A stretch of 63,130 nucleotides of DNA, filler included, from Basidiobolus ranarum (GCA_040143965.1; 34 parts of 34 records of this genome joined end to end with filler, not necessarily neighbours in it); one strand, 5' to 3'. Shown: positions 1-12,680, counted from the whole stretch's first letter. Made by a program: numbers and translations. The notes: generated by a model not told the origin, from the sequence alone.

Positions 1-505
1 ATTGAACCCTTCACTCTTTAATAATCAAAGCTGCTTCCTTTACAGTTAGTGGTATGAATGGACTAGTGTTTGCCAATAACAAAGAGTCCATAACAAACCC
101 ATCATCTTATTCTTCAACTTCTGATATAATACCATTGTTACTGGAATAACCAAGGGCAACATCTAGCAGCAAGTCCTCAAAGTTGTTTGGACTTACTGGT
201 TTGACCAAAGTTGCATTTTGACCTACATCCTTCTGTTCATATAACTGTGGTAACTCCACGGTATGTCAACTTTTGGCAGTGTTGCCAAAACTTTGAGGCA
301 AACAGCAGTCAGTGGACTCAAATGGCAAAACCAAAGTCAATTTAGTGCACTTATTACTGTTGTTATACACCAGGCTGTGTGAAGCTGGTGGCTTTGAACA
401 GCAACTGTGCTTATGATTATTCTTTCTATGAATGCTCCTGCACTCATAGCACAAGAATTGGTGACAATAATAGCAGGGTTTCTTTGAAAGTTTGTGTTGT
501 GGCAA
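1..505 (-). pseudogene. CMC/EnSpm transposase N-terminus (decayed)
   Basis: KKPCYYCHQFLCYECRSIHRK Cys/His motif, with the frame continuing through stops to KEAALIIKE*RVQ. Homologous to 18009-18562(+). Confidence 0.6.
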
Positions 506-601
506 GAGAAGGATGTTGTAGAAAAAAGAACACCTCCTGTGTAACTGTGGTATTTTTGGTATAGCCCATCATTATCATCAGCCAATTCTGAGACAGTGTC
601 A

Positions 602-616
602 CAGATGAGTCATCAG
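602..616. promoter_or_regulatory. Gcn4/AP-1-type palindrome in the CMC element divergent intergenic region
   Basis: CAGATGAGTCATCAG here. The second copy is a perfect CAGATGACTCATCTG at 17898-17912. Confidence 0.45.
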
Positions 617-716
617 GGGACTTACAAGAAATTTCCGGTAATGGATGGCAGTTTTGGTTTATTATGAGTTATTTTAAGCAATTTCATTACACCAAGTTGA
701 CCATCTTAAAATTTCA

Positions 717-1768
717 ATGCCATTCAAATAGCATTCAAAATCTAAATCAAAATAGGCTTCCAAGCCAAAGCCTGCTGGCACAAAAGGAAAAAAACCAGCA
801 AAAGCAGAGGACTTGATTGATGAGCAGTCCAGCAATCCACTATCCACTTTGGGTGGCATTAACATGCCGGAAACTAACTCAAGTAATAATGAAGCACTAA
901 TCAATTGACCAGATGTTTTCCTTTCCAGCAATAATGCAAGTGGAGAGATTGTAATCCCCCAATCATATAGTAAATCAATAATTGAGCAAAGTTCCACCAA
1001 AACACCATCAAGACCATCAACCTCCAAAATGGCTACTTTGCCCACTATTGAACCCTCCTTAGAAAATTGGGATAGAATTATTACAACAAGCAAATTGCAG
1101 GCAGAACACCATGATCATTTGTATGCAATTATAAGTAAAAACTACAAAGCTGCTATTCAGGCCATGATAAGCAATAATGCCACAATATTGCAAATAATGT
1201 AGTGTTTGGAAGCAACTAGTAAATAGTTAGAGAGTCACTCAACAATGATACCAGACCTTCAGAATGCTGTACTTGAGCTTCAGCAAGATGCTGCTCTCTC
1301 CGTCCATTCTCATATGGGATTTCAATCAATCCCCCACCATAAATATGAATGTCACTGTGACTATCTAGAAGAGCAGAATATGTATTGCACCATGAAGCCT
1401 ACACAACAACCCAAAATTGCTTGGGCACATCAAAGTAGAAACCTTACTCATATAAATCAGATAAAAATATGCCAAAAATAGTCAAGTGTTTGAGGAGTAT
1501 TTTTAAAATTATGAAGGGAAAAAAATAGTGCAAGTATGCAGAAAGTGGCTTTAGAAGAAGAACATTCAACTTGGCATTCAGTCTGGTGTTGACTGTGCAG
1601 ATATCTGGGAAGAACTTAATACAGAGTGGCATAATATTGCAAGGTATCTGCCAGATAGCTGGAAGAATGTTGATTCAGCAATGTTAATACAATGGTAGGC
1701 TTTGATGGGGATATTGATACAAACTTGTGGTGGTTATGAGCTAAATCTTGGGTACAAAGAACTCTATA
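717..1768 (+). pseudogene. CMC element accessory ORF (ORF-A), internally deleted near 1450-1470
   Basis: Frame MPFK*HSKSKSK*ASKPKPAGTKGKKPAK...MATLPTIE...LQNAVLELQQ with point stops, then a jump to the C-terminal block DIWEELNTEWHNIARYLPDSWKNVD. Matches the reverse complement of 16799-17796 and 53400-53750. Confidence 0.7.
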
Positions 1769-1868
1769 NNNNNNNNNNNNNNNNNNNNNNNNNNNNNNNN
1801 NNNNNNNNNNNNTTAATTAATTAANNNNNNNNNNNNNNNNNNNNNNNNNNNNNNNNNNNNNNNNNNNN
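1769..1868. other. Artificial contig linker N44-TTAATTAATTAA-N44 (first of 33; last at 61279-61378)
   Basis: An identical 100-nt linker recurs about every 1.86 kb. The core has stops in all six frames. Intervening contig lengths decrease from 1768 to 1752. Confidence 0.99.
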
Positions 1869-3736
1869 AGTTATGGCTGAGTGATTCTCCAACATATTTG
1901 ACAGTGCGAGTTAAATGACAATAGAAGTCAAAGGAGCCACCAACCAATAAGAGATTCTACTAATAAAATCATCTCCATACTGAACAGTATCTTCAGTAAC
2001 ATCTTGGTAAATAAAGGGCCACACCGACTAGTGCGTATTAATCAACATACTAACCAACCTTCATTTTGGTTTATTTGTGTTAACCGTTACACCAACTTTG
2101 TACAATCATTAAACTTACAATTATGATACAACAACATTTGGCTAACTGATGACCTCTTGCTACAAGCGTATGATCCAGGATTTATACAGAATGTCATATT
2201 GCTTTTACTTATAGTTTCCAGTATGAACTGACATATTAGGTGCCATTGAATTGTACATAATACATACATAGATAAAATACTTACACTCGCATTATAGAAC
2301 CTTGAGTAAATATCAACACAAAGTGACCTATAAAAATGAGGAAGGACAGAAGTAACAAAACACATGCAAAGTATAATACACATTGTAAGTTAGAATCAAG
2401 ATCATTGCCATTGCTACAGAGTTCAATAGTGATAGCAATGATGCACTAAGAATAGATAGTTATGTGACATGAGATGGATATATAAAGATCAATCTACTTA
2501 ATTCTGCGCACAGGTACTGCTAGAATGAAGAAATGTAGTGATGGCTCAAGAGTGTGTAATGGGCACCAGGTACTAATATGTAATTGTATTCCTTTCTAGA
2601 GAACTCTTTGAGAGAACCCATCCCAGCCTTTAAACTGAACATTTAACCAAGCTTCCTTCTTTCCAGCTAGAGGTATGGCATAAAATACTGATACTTGCTC
2701 TACATTCATAGTTTTAGTAGATATTCAGCAATGTCAACCCATTTTTCAAAAACATCATTTTTGGCAACTGTGCCTTGCAGTAAGCCTCATTCTTTCATTA
2801 CTTCAGGATTTGCTATCCAAATTCCCCAGAGTGAAGACAAAGATTGTTGATTTTTGCTACTGATATATCACTTGTTTCTCTTCTAGCCTTCATCAATTCC
2901 TTTGTTATTAAGGTGGGAAACTTCTTAAACATGAACTTTCTTACTCTTGCACTCATAGTTGATATTTATTCTATCCTTTCATTAGGGTATTATAAGTGCT
3001 GATTTACTGACTGTCACCATTAACATATTTTTCAATGAATTCACAACATTTGTAGATTAACTATTGAAGGTATACTTTGGAAAAGAACTTCATCTTTGAA
3101 TATTTATTATCTTTATAGATTTGCTAACTTTGAATCTTTTCGCATTCAAATTGGTGCCTTGGGAGCCATGCTGTGTGGTACTATGTCTACTTTGCTGAGT
3201 GCTACAATTGCTGGCATGTTGTTTTGTTAGATTTTTCCTATCATCAAAACTCACTACCTTGCAAAACAGCCTACTTATTAATCCTCACCCCCATTTTATT
3301 GAGAAATACCAATTCAAAACCATCATGAAAAGGGGTAATGCACCCAACAAGAGATAGCAAAGCAGGCAGCCTAGAAGTTGTGAAAATAATAACCAATGAA
3401 GTTCTGTGCAATCTTGCCAGCATTGCTAATTTGAGGTTAACCAGCCTTGCTAATCAAGTCTGTGGCCATGTTTCCATACTTTGTTACAGTGCCCTCAAGA
3501 AAGCAGGACTCAAGGTAGATCAAAATTAGTACATATTGGTCATGACTTTCCAACATATATTCAAACAGAGCAAATATCTCACTTGATAGTGCTTATTACT
3601 CTAGTCATGGTAACAGAGCCTGTAAATAGTCTTCTTNNNNNNNNNNNNNNNNNNNNNNNNNNNNNNNNNNNNNNNNNNNNTTAATTAATTAANNNNNNNN
3701 NNNNNNNNNNNNNNNNNNNNNNNNNNNNNNNNNNNN

Positions 3737-4115
3737 TATTGGGAAATACTCCAGGAAATGGAAGGAATTTAGAGTCTCTAAATCTTTTGTCCCAGGCATC
3801 TTCAACATCATTTGTCACTGATGCTAGATAATTCTCACTTACTTGAAGCCTAGTATGGATGCTTCTCCCACTTTTGCTACCAACAATAGTGCACTGAAAT
3901 CTGATTGGACAATGGTTTTTGTAGTAACAAAACAAATTGAATAGCTGCTTTCTGGTACGTATTGGAGTATATGAGCCACAGTATTTCTCAAATATAGCCT
4001 CTAGGGTGATGACAGGAAAGCCAGTAGTTGCTTTTGGATTAATGAGGAATGACCATTTAGAATAGATGGAGAGCATGATATTAACCTTGTTTTGAGCTGC
4101 CATGATATTGATCAA
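3737..4115 (-). mobile_element. PIF/Harbinger (ISL2EU-like) transposase N-terminal fragment
   Basis: TTGF..TLEAIFEKYCGSYTPI..QLFNLFCYYK..AWDKRFRDSKFLPFPGVFPN resembles the HTH region that precedes DDE_Tnp_4 cores. Repeated twice in 56186-57325. The catalytic core is not visible. Confidence 0.5.
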
Positions 4116-4458
4116 TCTGGCACGTGCAAGTTATTTACCTAAGAATTTCAATTATCATGGTAAAATTCCCTATATTCTGTATAATAAAATTTCTGTTTGC
4201 ATTTATTATTCTAATTATTTCAATTATGTGTAATTGCATGGCAATTATATAATAAACTGCATCAGTAAAGTTAATCATGGTTTCATCCAAATCAATTTAT
4301 TTAGCGCATATATTGAAACGGCTCAAAGAGGAATGCATTATGCTTGATCATACTATAGGAAATTAACTTTGACATTTTAAGCAACAATATAAGAAGATCC
4401 CTAATTCTGATTGAAACCAATAAAGTCAAACATCATAGATATATGGTAGTTACGTATC

Positions 4459-5503
4459 ATGTCAAAGCAGATTCTTCCTGATTCAAAACCTACTTTGGTA
4501 CAGGAAACCACCACTTCCAAAATTTTGTGCATGCAGTCAAATGAAGGTGTGGGTGGCATGAAGCAGCGCATGCCTAATGATTTTACAGATGCCCAGGTAT
4601 TCACTATAAATTCTTGCTTGGATATATGGGAGTTATTGATAAACTTGACAGAAGCTGGGGAAGGGGGCATCTGACAAAAGTGGAAGCAACTTTTGACTCT
4701 GCTTTGGAGAGAATACTATATCTTCATGCCTTCATAAGTCTGCAAGAAAATATACATTAAGACTCATGAGGATAGAAAGCGTCAATTGAGAAATAGGAAT
4801 TTTGATTTTGAGTCTGCAAAGATACAATTCCAATTGTGTTTTTGCTTGTAAGGACCAGAAGTGACCATTGCGGCCTCAACTTTGGAGACAGAAGATGTTC
4901 TATATAGATATCTACCACTGCTCAATGAGACTTTGCAGCAACTGTTGATGGAGGTTGCAGGGTTCAAAACCACATTTCAGGACACTATGGCAACAGTAAT
5001 CAACAGAGGTGTAAAGAGAAAAGCAAGACAATTTATAGAATAAGAAGATATTCCCAAAGGCAAATTGGAGCAGTCTAGACCATTGCAGAGACATACTAGA
5101 TCACTCCAAATCAAAGAGACTCCTGACAAGGTATCTATTTCACAAGAAGAATCTACACAACTCACCACTAGAATTGAGGTAACACCTCCAACAAGGGCAA
5201 GAGCCCAACAAGTTAGTTCATCAGCTAGTAGTACACATTGACAGCAATACCAGCTTGGAACAGTCCGTGTTGTTTCTATTGTTTTTGATGACAAGCAAGC
5301 AGTCATTGGAGAACCAGAAAGAGGACGGCCTGCATTTTCATGCATTGTAGCATGCAATTTACCTGATTCAACCAAACCAACCAGTGAGCTTTTTACATCT
5401 GGAGAAGAGTCAGCTCCAAGGAGCATGCCACCAGAAAGAAATACCAGTTTAACATGTACAACCGCGCGACAGCAACAAAGGCCAACTGCAAGAATTATTG
5501 AAC
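4459..5503 (+). pseudogene. Myb/SANT-like accessory ORF of the Harbinger-like element
   Basis: One frame of about 348 codons with 5 point stops. FTDAQV...QKWKQLLTLLWREYYIFMPS*VCKKIY is trihelix-like, followed by an S/T/P-rich tail. Divergent from the transposase. Confidence 0.5.
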
Positions 5504-5603
5504 NNNNNNNNNNNNNNNNNNNNNNNNNNNNNNNNNNNNNNNNNNNNTTAATTAATTAANNNNNNNNNNNNNNNNNNNNNNNNNNNNNNNNNNNNNNNNN
5601 NNN

Positions 5604-5905
5604 AGATTTCTTGATTGTTGGGATAGAGTGGGATTTTACAAAGGCAGAGTCAATAAAACAGGAGGAAGCACCTGAATCAAGAAGTGCAGTTGTTTTTATT
5701 GACTTGGAATTTGGTAGCAGGAGTGTAATGGGCAGCTTTAATGATTCATATGACTGCAGAGATTGCAATGTATGGAGAAGATACATATTTTAAGATGGTT
5801 TGCCCAACTGCATGTCCATTATTGCAGCTGGGCATTGAAGTTTTCCAACTGTTGGGAAGAGTTCTTTTTGCAGTGGATCAGTGTGCCAAGATCAGAATCA
5901 TGACA
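5604..5905 (-). mobile_element. Ty3/gypsy fragment: LTR-3 start (5856-5905) fused to gag end and aspartic protease
   Basis: TALLDSGASSCFIDSAFVK protease motif. Gag end LENFNAQLQ* overlaps GGAAAAC, a possible -1 frameshift site. Confidence 0.8.
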
Positions 5906-6367
5906 GATTCTCAATGGAGGCACACACAATCAGCCAAAAATGTCCAAAATGCTTGGGAAACACTTGAGGGACTATATGAGACTCAAAGTCTGGCTAATAG
6001 GCTATATCTTGGGTGAAAATTTTTCTCAATTCAGATGATTTCTGCTGATTCTATGCTTAACTATATAAATGAGAAAAAAACTATGCCAGATCAGCTCTCA
6101 TTCATTAGAGCACCTCTAAATGAAGATGACCTAGTCACGACTCTACTTTGGAGCCTGCCAGTTGAGTGTGGAAATATCATAATTGCCTTAGAATCAAGAT
6201 CAGAGCCTTTAATGATGGAATGTGTTAGTGCTAGGCTTTTGAATGAGGAATTAAGAAGATCTAATTCTCAGCAAAATAAAGGAGAACAGTCATTTTTTGG
6301 AGCTGTAAAACATCCCACAGGCTTCAATAATGGTGCCCCAAGTAGGAAAGCAATTATCTGCAAGCAC
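5906..6367 (+). mobile_element. Ty1/copia gag fragment
   Basis: AWETLEGLYETQSLANRLYL...DDLVTTLLWSLP...IIALESR...ICKHC. The zinc knuckle is interrupted by a gypsy LTR. Confidence 0.85.
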
Positions 6368-7027
6368 TGTTTAAGCAGGATATATCAGCAGAGCAGATCT
6401 AACTAATACATGTCTTGGGAATAGTAACGGGTTGCTATGTTATGGTAGAGAGTAGGTTTGCTAGGCAGCTAGGCTTGGTGTTCTGTAGAGGCTAGTGGAT
6501 ACTAGGCTTGGATAGAAATGAGAGGAGAATATTGAATTTGTTGAGAAACACTAAGAAGTGTTATGATCCTATATTTGTTAAGACACACACTAAACCAAAA
6601 GGTTCAGTTAGCTTTATTTATACTTTTTAATAACAAAGTGAATTAGTCAGCGCCAAGATATTAGATGACTAATTATGATAGAAGAAAATGTGCTTGCATT
6701 GATAGATAGATAGATAACTGAGTCATGCATCAGCTAAAGTCTTGGCAGTGAAAGATCATTGGTTATGAATCTTGTGACTCAAATTGAATTATGTCTAGAC
6801 AGATGACTCAGAGGTTAATACTGATTGGATAATGATCATGTGATGGGTCATATGATCGGATAGAAGGGATAAGCAAATAGATAGTTAGTCAGGTGATAGG
6901 TCACATGATAAAGTCACTGGGTAAGATCAGATGACTAGTTAGCAATAATGATAAACTAAACAGATATTCATGCAAGTTGTATAGATATGGCATATGTTTA
7001 AACAACTTTGTATATTGGTGCATAACA
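6368..7027 (-). repeat. Gypsy LTR-4 (3' LTR, about 660 bp)
   Basis: TG...CA termini, preceded on the minus strand by PPT AGGGAGGGAATGT. A partial copy lies at about 8010-8358. Confidence 0.8.
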
Positions 7028-7369
7028 ACATTCCCTCCCTGGATGAGAACTCTTCTTGGTAAATGATCCTCTACATTTCCAATATTGGTCAATGATAGAG
7101 ATATCATCAAAGTGGCTATAGGGCTCCCAAGTAATGTGTTTGGCATTACAACCTCTCCACTTGACTAAGTAAAGGCAGTTTGGTTCTTCACCATCATGAT
7201 CATCTATGGCTTCTACTTTGTATGATTCTGTAGATATTTGATCTTGTGAAATAAGTTTAAGGGAAGACAGAGGAAAGTTCCTGGGGAGTAAGGCTCCAGT
7301 GTTGTCTTGAAGTATATAAGATCCTCCAGTGGTTCTTCTGATAATCTTGAATGGACCTTCATACTTGGG
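7028..7369 (-). mobile_element. Chromovirus integrase C-terminus with chromodomain
   Basis: PKYEGPFKIIRRTTGGSYILQD...YKVEAIDDH...LYLVKWRGCNAKHITWEPYSHFDDISIIDQYW in an open frame. Confidence 0.9.
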
Positions 7370-8009
7370 NNNNNNNNNNNNNNNNNNNNNNNNNNNNNNN
7401 NNNNNNNNNNNNNTTAATTAATTAANNNNNNNNNNNNNNNNNNNNNNNNNNNNNNNNNNNNNNNNNNNNCAATGCAAAAAGGCAAGTAATGGATAAAAGC
7501 TTCATCGTAGTTGAAGTGAAATAGAGAGAAGCCAAATGAATACTTTATAACAAAAGTTGTGGATATGGTCCTTTAAATACACTGGTTTGCTAAAAGACAT
7601 GCTACTCTTGGGCACCACATAAGTAACATGCAGAGGAAACACAAAAAAAAGAACTGAACCTAGATGCATCAAATGTGACACAATTGCTGATGCGTAAGTT
7701 GTCAATGCCCAATCTAAGCAATCAGAACATAAATGCAGGAAAATATTTGCAATATATACATCATGGACTATTACATTACCCAATGAATCTGATATCACCT
7801 CTCGGAGTAACGGGCCAATAATTGTTAATTTTTTCAAGAATTTCAACAGTATAACAATATGCTTCCATAGGAAATGATGGCACTAGTAAGGAGAGCTAGC
7901 ATCCTGGTTAAAGCTAAATAGAGGCTTGACAAGCTTCCAAGAGAGAAGTGGATAAAAAGTCTTGAACTCTACTGAACCCAAGAAATAGTTAAGTGCAGAA
8001 TCATATAAC

Positions 8010-8358
8010 TATTTAAGCAGGATATATTAGCAAAGCAGATCTAACTAATATATATCTTGGGAATAGCAGCGGATTGCTATGCTATGGTAGAGAGTAGGTT
8101 GGCTAGGCAGCTAGGCTTGGTGTTCCATAGATGATAGTGGATATGAGGCTTTGATAGAAATAAAACAGGAATATTAAATTCATTGAGATGCATACTAAAT
8201 CAAAAGGTTCAGTTAGCTTTATTTATACCTTTTGATAGCAAAGCAAATTAGTTAGTACAAAGTTAATAGATGCCTAATTCTGATGAAAGAGAATATGATT
8301 GGATAGATAGATAGATGGATAAGTGAGTCATGAATCAGCTGAAGTCTTGGCAGTGAAA
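8010..8358 (-). repeat. Gypsy LTR-4 partial copy
   Basis: Homologous to 6368-6753 with internal deletions. Confidence 0.8.
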
Positions 8359-8365
8359 CAGGGTA

Positions 8366-9235
8366 TAGATGCTCTTGTAAAGGTTGGGATGAAAAGAGTG
8401 GGTCCAGGGGATGATGTCTTCCAGATATAAAAAGAAAGCTGGGGGTTTGGGGCATTCAATCCCCCATGTAGAAAAAAAAGCAGGGGGTTTGGAGAATACA
8501 ATCCCCATGTACATCCTTGTGTCACCATACACTCAAGTTACTAGCAAAGGGGAAGAATTAGGCTTGTGTAAAGTTTCTGAATAACCAATCTCCAGCCTTT
8601 GACCTATCTGAGGAAGAGACACTGTTTGCAACATTATAACCCAACTGTTTCTGGCTTTTGTAACATTTATTAGGGGCAAGAAAAGCACCAGAAGGTGTAA
8701 TCTTTATTTATCTCAAGTCACTCTTGCAAATAAATACAGAAGGCAAGATGAAAGTAAAAGTCAAAGGTCAAGCTAACTAAGACCTATTTAGGGCAGCTTC
8801 CTAAATCTCATCATATAAAATAAAAGGGTTAAGGGGAGGATAACACTATAGGGTGTAATATTTATTATAATGGTAGATAGACAACTATAAAATAAATATG
8901 CCAAAGTAGCAAAATATGCCAACAATATATGTTGAAGTATAGATATAAAGAAAATATGGAAGTAGAGAAATACTGAGATTGGTTGAAAATCTAAGAGTTT
9001 TCTATTTCCCATAGGTGTTTGGGTTAGGGGGGGAGACAGTCACCAAAAGGTGAAATCTTTATTTCAAACAAAACAAAGAAGCCATAACTACTTTTGTAGT
9101 CTCTTAACTAATGTATGGAGATCAGGAGTATTTGTATGAATGTTGCAAAGCAGAAGAGTTAAGTCAGTAGAATCTAAGACACTGTTAAGTGGAGTGGGAG
9201 GGAGTAACAAAGGTAAAAATGGTTTGTCAACAATG
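8366..9235 (-). repeat. Unclassified repeat shared with 61927-63002 (possibly non-LTR); contains a 41-bp tandem duplication at about 8429-8511
   Basis: The reverse complement of about 8890-9020 aligns to 62460-62590. Confidence 0.45.
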
Positions 9236-9335
9236 NNNNNNNNNNNNNNNNNNNNNNNNNNNNNNNNNNNNNNNNNNNNTTAATTAATTAANNNNNNNNN
9301 NNNNNNNNNNNNNNNNNNNNNNNNNNNNNNNNNNN

Positions 9336-10159
9336 CTTTAAATCTGTAATAAAGTTTTTCATATCCAACTACAAAATCTTTGCACAGTTGCTGTATCTGC
9401 CTGAGATCTGCCAATGTGAGTTGATGCCATAAGAATATATAAACAATATCCACAAACCATTCCCAATGTTGCCAATACTTCTCAGGCAGAAATTTTTTCA
9501 AAATTCCACTTGAATATATACAAATCCAATACTTCCAGTCTTTGCATTTGAATAAATGCCAAGATGAGTGGATATTGATTGGAGTCATGGTAAAATATGA
9601 TGGTATCTTGATGTTTTCAAGCATTTTCCCAATCAATTCAAACTTTGATCCTATCTTGAATGGCTCATTCATATTGAATTTTCCACCATATAGCTGAGTA
9701 AGTAGTATTGGAATGTTGTTGAATAGTAAGTGCATAGTGCCTAATGGGAAGCTCTGGCTCCAGCTGATATCCTTTAGCAATATAATCTTAGGCTTACGGC
9801 TAATACCAAGCTTGATGTTAGACTTACTATTTGGTGAATTGATATCAGTGAGTATATTGAAATAGGACTGGGCTCTTGACAGTAAAATCATGAAGTTTAG
9901 TGTTGTATTTGGATAGTAGTAATGCAGATGCCTGTTAGAGTAAACTCCATTGATTTGACAAAATCTACAGCAAGATAGTGCATTGTGCCCATGAAAACCT
10001 CCAAGTTTAATGATGGCAGGAGTGTCACCAATACATACAATGATATTAACTTTAATAAAATATTCACCCATCTGAACCCCATTAGATAACCATTCAAATT
10101 CCCCAATCAAAGGCTCCAAGAAGCTATCTATAAGCACTGGTGATTTAGGTCCAGATATG
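9336..10159 (-). mobile_element. CMC/EnSpm (Tnp2-like) transposase core
   Basis: DSFLEPL..IGDTPAIIKLGGFHGHNALSCCRFC..PLGTMHLLF..FKCKDWKYW..LPEKYWQHW. Confidence 0.9.
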
Positions 10160-10508
10160 TGTTAAAGTATTTGGGAGCCTATTGGAAGTGGTTTGGAGAA
10201 TGACAGGAATTGGTTGTTTTCACTTATTGATTTATTGAGTAGAAAGTTGACATTTATAGTTTTGTCAAGATCTAAACAAACTAACATGTAGAATATGTTA
10301 CAGAAGGTCCCAGGAATATGTGTGCAAAGTTTGGGGCTTCTAGCACAAGTTTAAAAAATCTATATATTAGCATACCTCTAAGTTGGGGAAAAATATTTAA
10401 GTAAACTCAAACTGAGAATAATTGGTAATATCTTAGTGAAATATAAGATAACTAAGTGCTAAGTTATATATGACTATTTAGATGTTTAGGCAATGATAAT
10501 TTTGAAAA
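10160..10508 (-). repeat. Copia LTR-1 (about 350 bp) with PPT
   Basis: Family consensus TGTTGAAATTAGCATTGCC...ATACTTTAACA. PPT TTGAGGGAGA is adjacent. More than 10 full or partial copies in the window. Confidence 0.9.
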
Positions 10509-10589
10509 TCTCCCTCAACCAAATAGTCATATAAACTAATTGTAACAAAGATGTTGCACACCAACATACAAAGTTGTTTAACTTTCACT

Positions 10590-11101
10590 ATATTTATACA
10601 ACTTACATACTATCTTGGAATCCAAATTAAAATAGATAGAACTTCCAAACAATAACTTTAAACCAGTCTAAGTATATCCTAGATATACTAAAGAAGTTTA
10701 AAATGGAAGAATGTAATCCAGTGTCCATCCCAATGGAGACAAATCTTAACTTGACCAAAAATGGCTCAAAACAGACATTCTTGGATTCAAATGAAAGCCA
10801 GAAATTTCCTTATCAATTGATGGTTGGTAGTTTGATGTATATCATGGTTGGAACATGGGCAGATATTGCATATTCTGTGGGAGTTATGTGCCAATATCTT
10901 CAAAATTATGGATCTGATCAAATCATAGCAGTTAAGCAGATTTTCAGATGTTTGAAAGGTAGTATGGATCTATGATTAAAATACACTTATTCTTGATTTA
11001 ACTTTGATCTTATTGGTTATTAAGATGCAAATTGGGTAAGAGATATTGAAGACAGGAGATCTACCACAGGATACTTATTTCTTTGCTGTAATGGAGCTAT
11101 T
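10590..11101 (+). mobile_element. Copia reverse transcriptase C-terminus / RNase H start (decayed)
   Basis: PYQLMVGSLMYIMVGTWADIAYSVG...DRRSTTGYLF. Confidence 0.9.
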
Positions 11102-11201
11102 NNNNNNNNNNNNNNNNNNNNNNNNNNNNNNNNNNNNNNNNNNNNTTAATTAATTAANNNNNNNNNNNNNNNNNNNNNNNNNNNNNNNNNNNNNNNNNNN
11201 N

Positions 11202-11913
11202 TAAGCTGGATTGGCAAGAAACAACAAACGGTTGCATTATCAACTACAGAAGCAGAATATATGGCAAGCTCTATAAGCTATATGGCTAAGGAGTCTTCTC
11301 AAGGAACTAGGAAATGATCAAGTTAATCCTACCCCAATATATCAAGATAACATTTGTTATAAACAGATTACCAAGAATCCTGAGCATCACTCAAGGAAGA
11401 AATGTATTGACATAAGACATCACTTTATATCATGGAAAGTTCAAGACAAAGAAGTGAACTTTATTTATTGTTCTACTGAAAATATGCTTGCAGATATACT
11501 AACAAATCCACTCAAAACTTCAAGCTTTGAGAAGTTCAGAGCAGGAATAGGCATTAGTGTATATAAGCACAATGATGAACAAGCATTAAGGGAAGGTGTT
11601 GGATAATTAATCTTTACTCAACATCATAGTTAATTTTAGTTATGATACATATATCAGAAGCAGAGAGCTATGCATCTATAACTCCTATACTCAAAATAGG
11701 AATATCTCTATATCTATATAACAAGTATGTCTTATTACCGCCACTTATCTACTATATTTTATTACACAAACTCCAAAATAAATTAAACAATTGATTTACT
11801 TTTCTACTATATAAGTCACCATATACTCTTAAGAATAAAGCAACTAAAACACTCTATCTTAAGTTGATTCTAATACTAAAAGTATACCCCCATTATGTCA
11901 AGATCCTCCAACA
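11202..11913 (+). mobile_element. Copia RNase H, PPT and 3' LTR-6 (11597-11913)
   Basis: KKQQTVALSTTEAEYMA...IDIRHHFI...MLADILT, then TTAAGGGAAGG|TGTTGG. The LTR end matches 22389-22445. Confidence 0.85.
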
Positions 11914-12680
11914 AATCTTCAGTATTACCATATGCCAATATGATTAACAATGTATCAGCAAAATCAGTGATGGATGTAATGCAATAGGTCAAGGATACTC
12001 CAGAGTATATTAACCTTCCAACAAAGAGCTCTTTTCAATGTGCTCACAGGTTTTTGCATTGTTTGAGCACAATAACAGCAACAAAGCCCAATCCATGGAC
12101 ATAGAGTAAGTACCTCTATAATTTGGACTAATTTGTTTGTGTGATAATCTGACAGTATTTTTATGAAAGCTGCAAGACAGACTTCTTGGTGAGATAGATC
12201 AAGATCTGCAGGATTATTGTTCTAGCCATGGGGTAATCTATTTGAGCAATGACACATCTACTTGTGGCAGGACATTTGTTGACTGCAAGTTGGGGATATA
12301 CTGGCTGAATTCTTTACAGAAATTTGCCAAAATCCAAGAGCTGATTCTCATTGTTAAAGGTTACAAGAGTCAGCTATTTGCCAAGTGTTAGTGCTATTTA
12401 AAATTTCAGATGCTTAGCAATTTTTCCACCATTAGGTTGCTGGTAAATCATGATGATGTTGTTCAGTTATGTCTAATCAGTCAAGTATGAGCACAGGTAG
12501 AGACTAAACACAACAAGATTCTTGTATTTTTTGATGCCCATTAAGACTGGAATACAAAGCCTAAAATATCTAAATAAAGGCATGCATAATAATTTGAACT
12601 CCTACAGCAGTACACCCAGTAATTTGCTATTTGAAAGTTAGATTTTTGTAAAAATGCCGGATATTGCTACTAATATTGCT
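11914..12680 (+). mobile_element. CMC transposase C-terminal region
   Basis: Homologous to 28040-28800. Confidence 0.85.

Noticed and set aside
674-1093. Hydrophobic minus-strand ORFs (also 4977-5426) as membrane proteins
   Set aside because: They are antisense to S/T/P/K-rich transposon accessory ORFs.
1869-3636. Possible exon remnants and decayed ORFs in the second contig
   Set aside because: No recognisable motif and no second copy in the window.
4459-5503. Classical Neurospora-type CpA RIP
   Set aside because: Some CAA/CAG-to-stop changes may be present, but CA/TG dinucleotides remain abundant and CG is what is missing. This was not computed formally.
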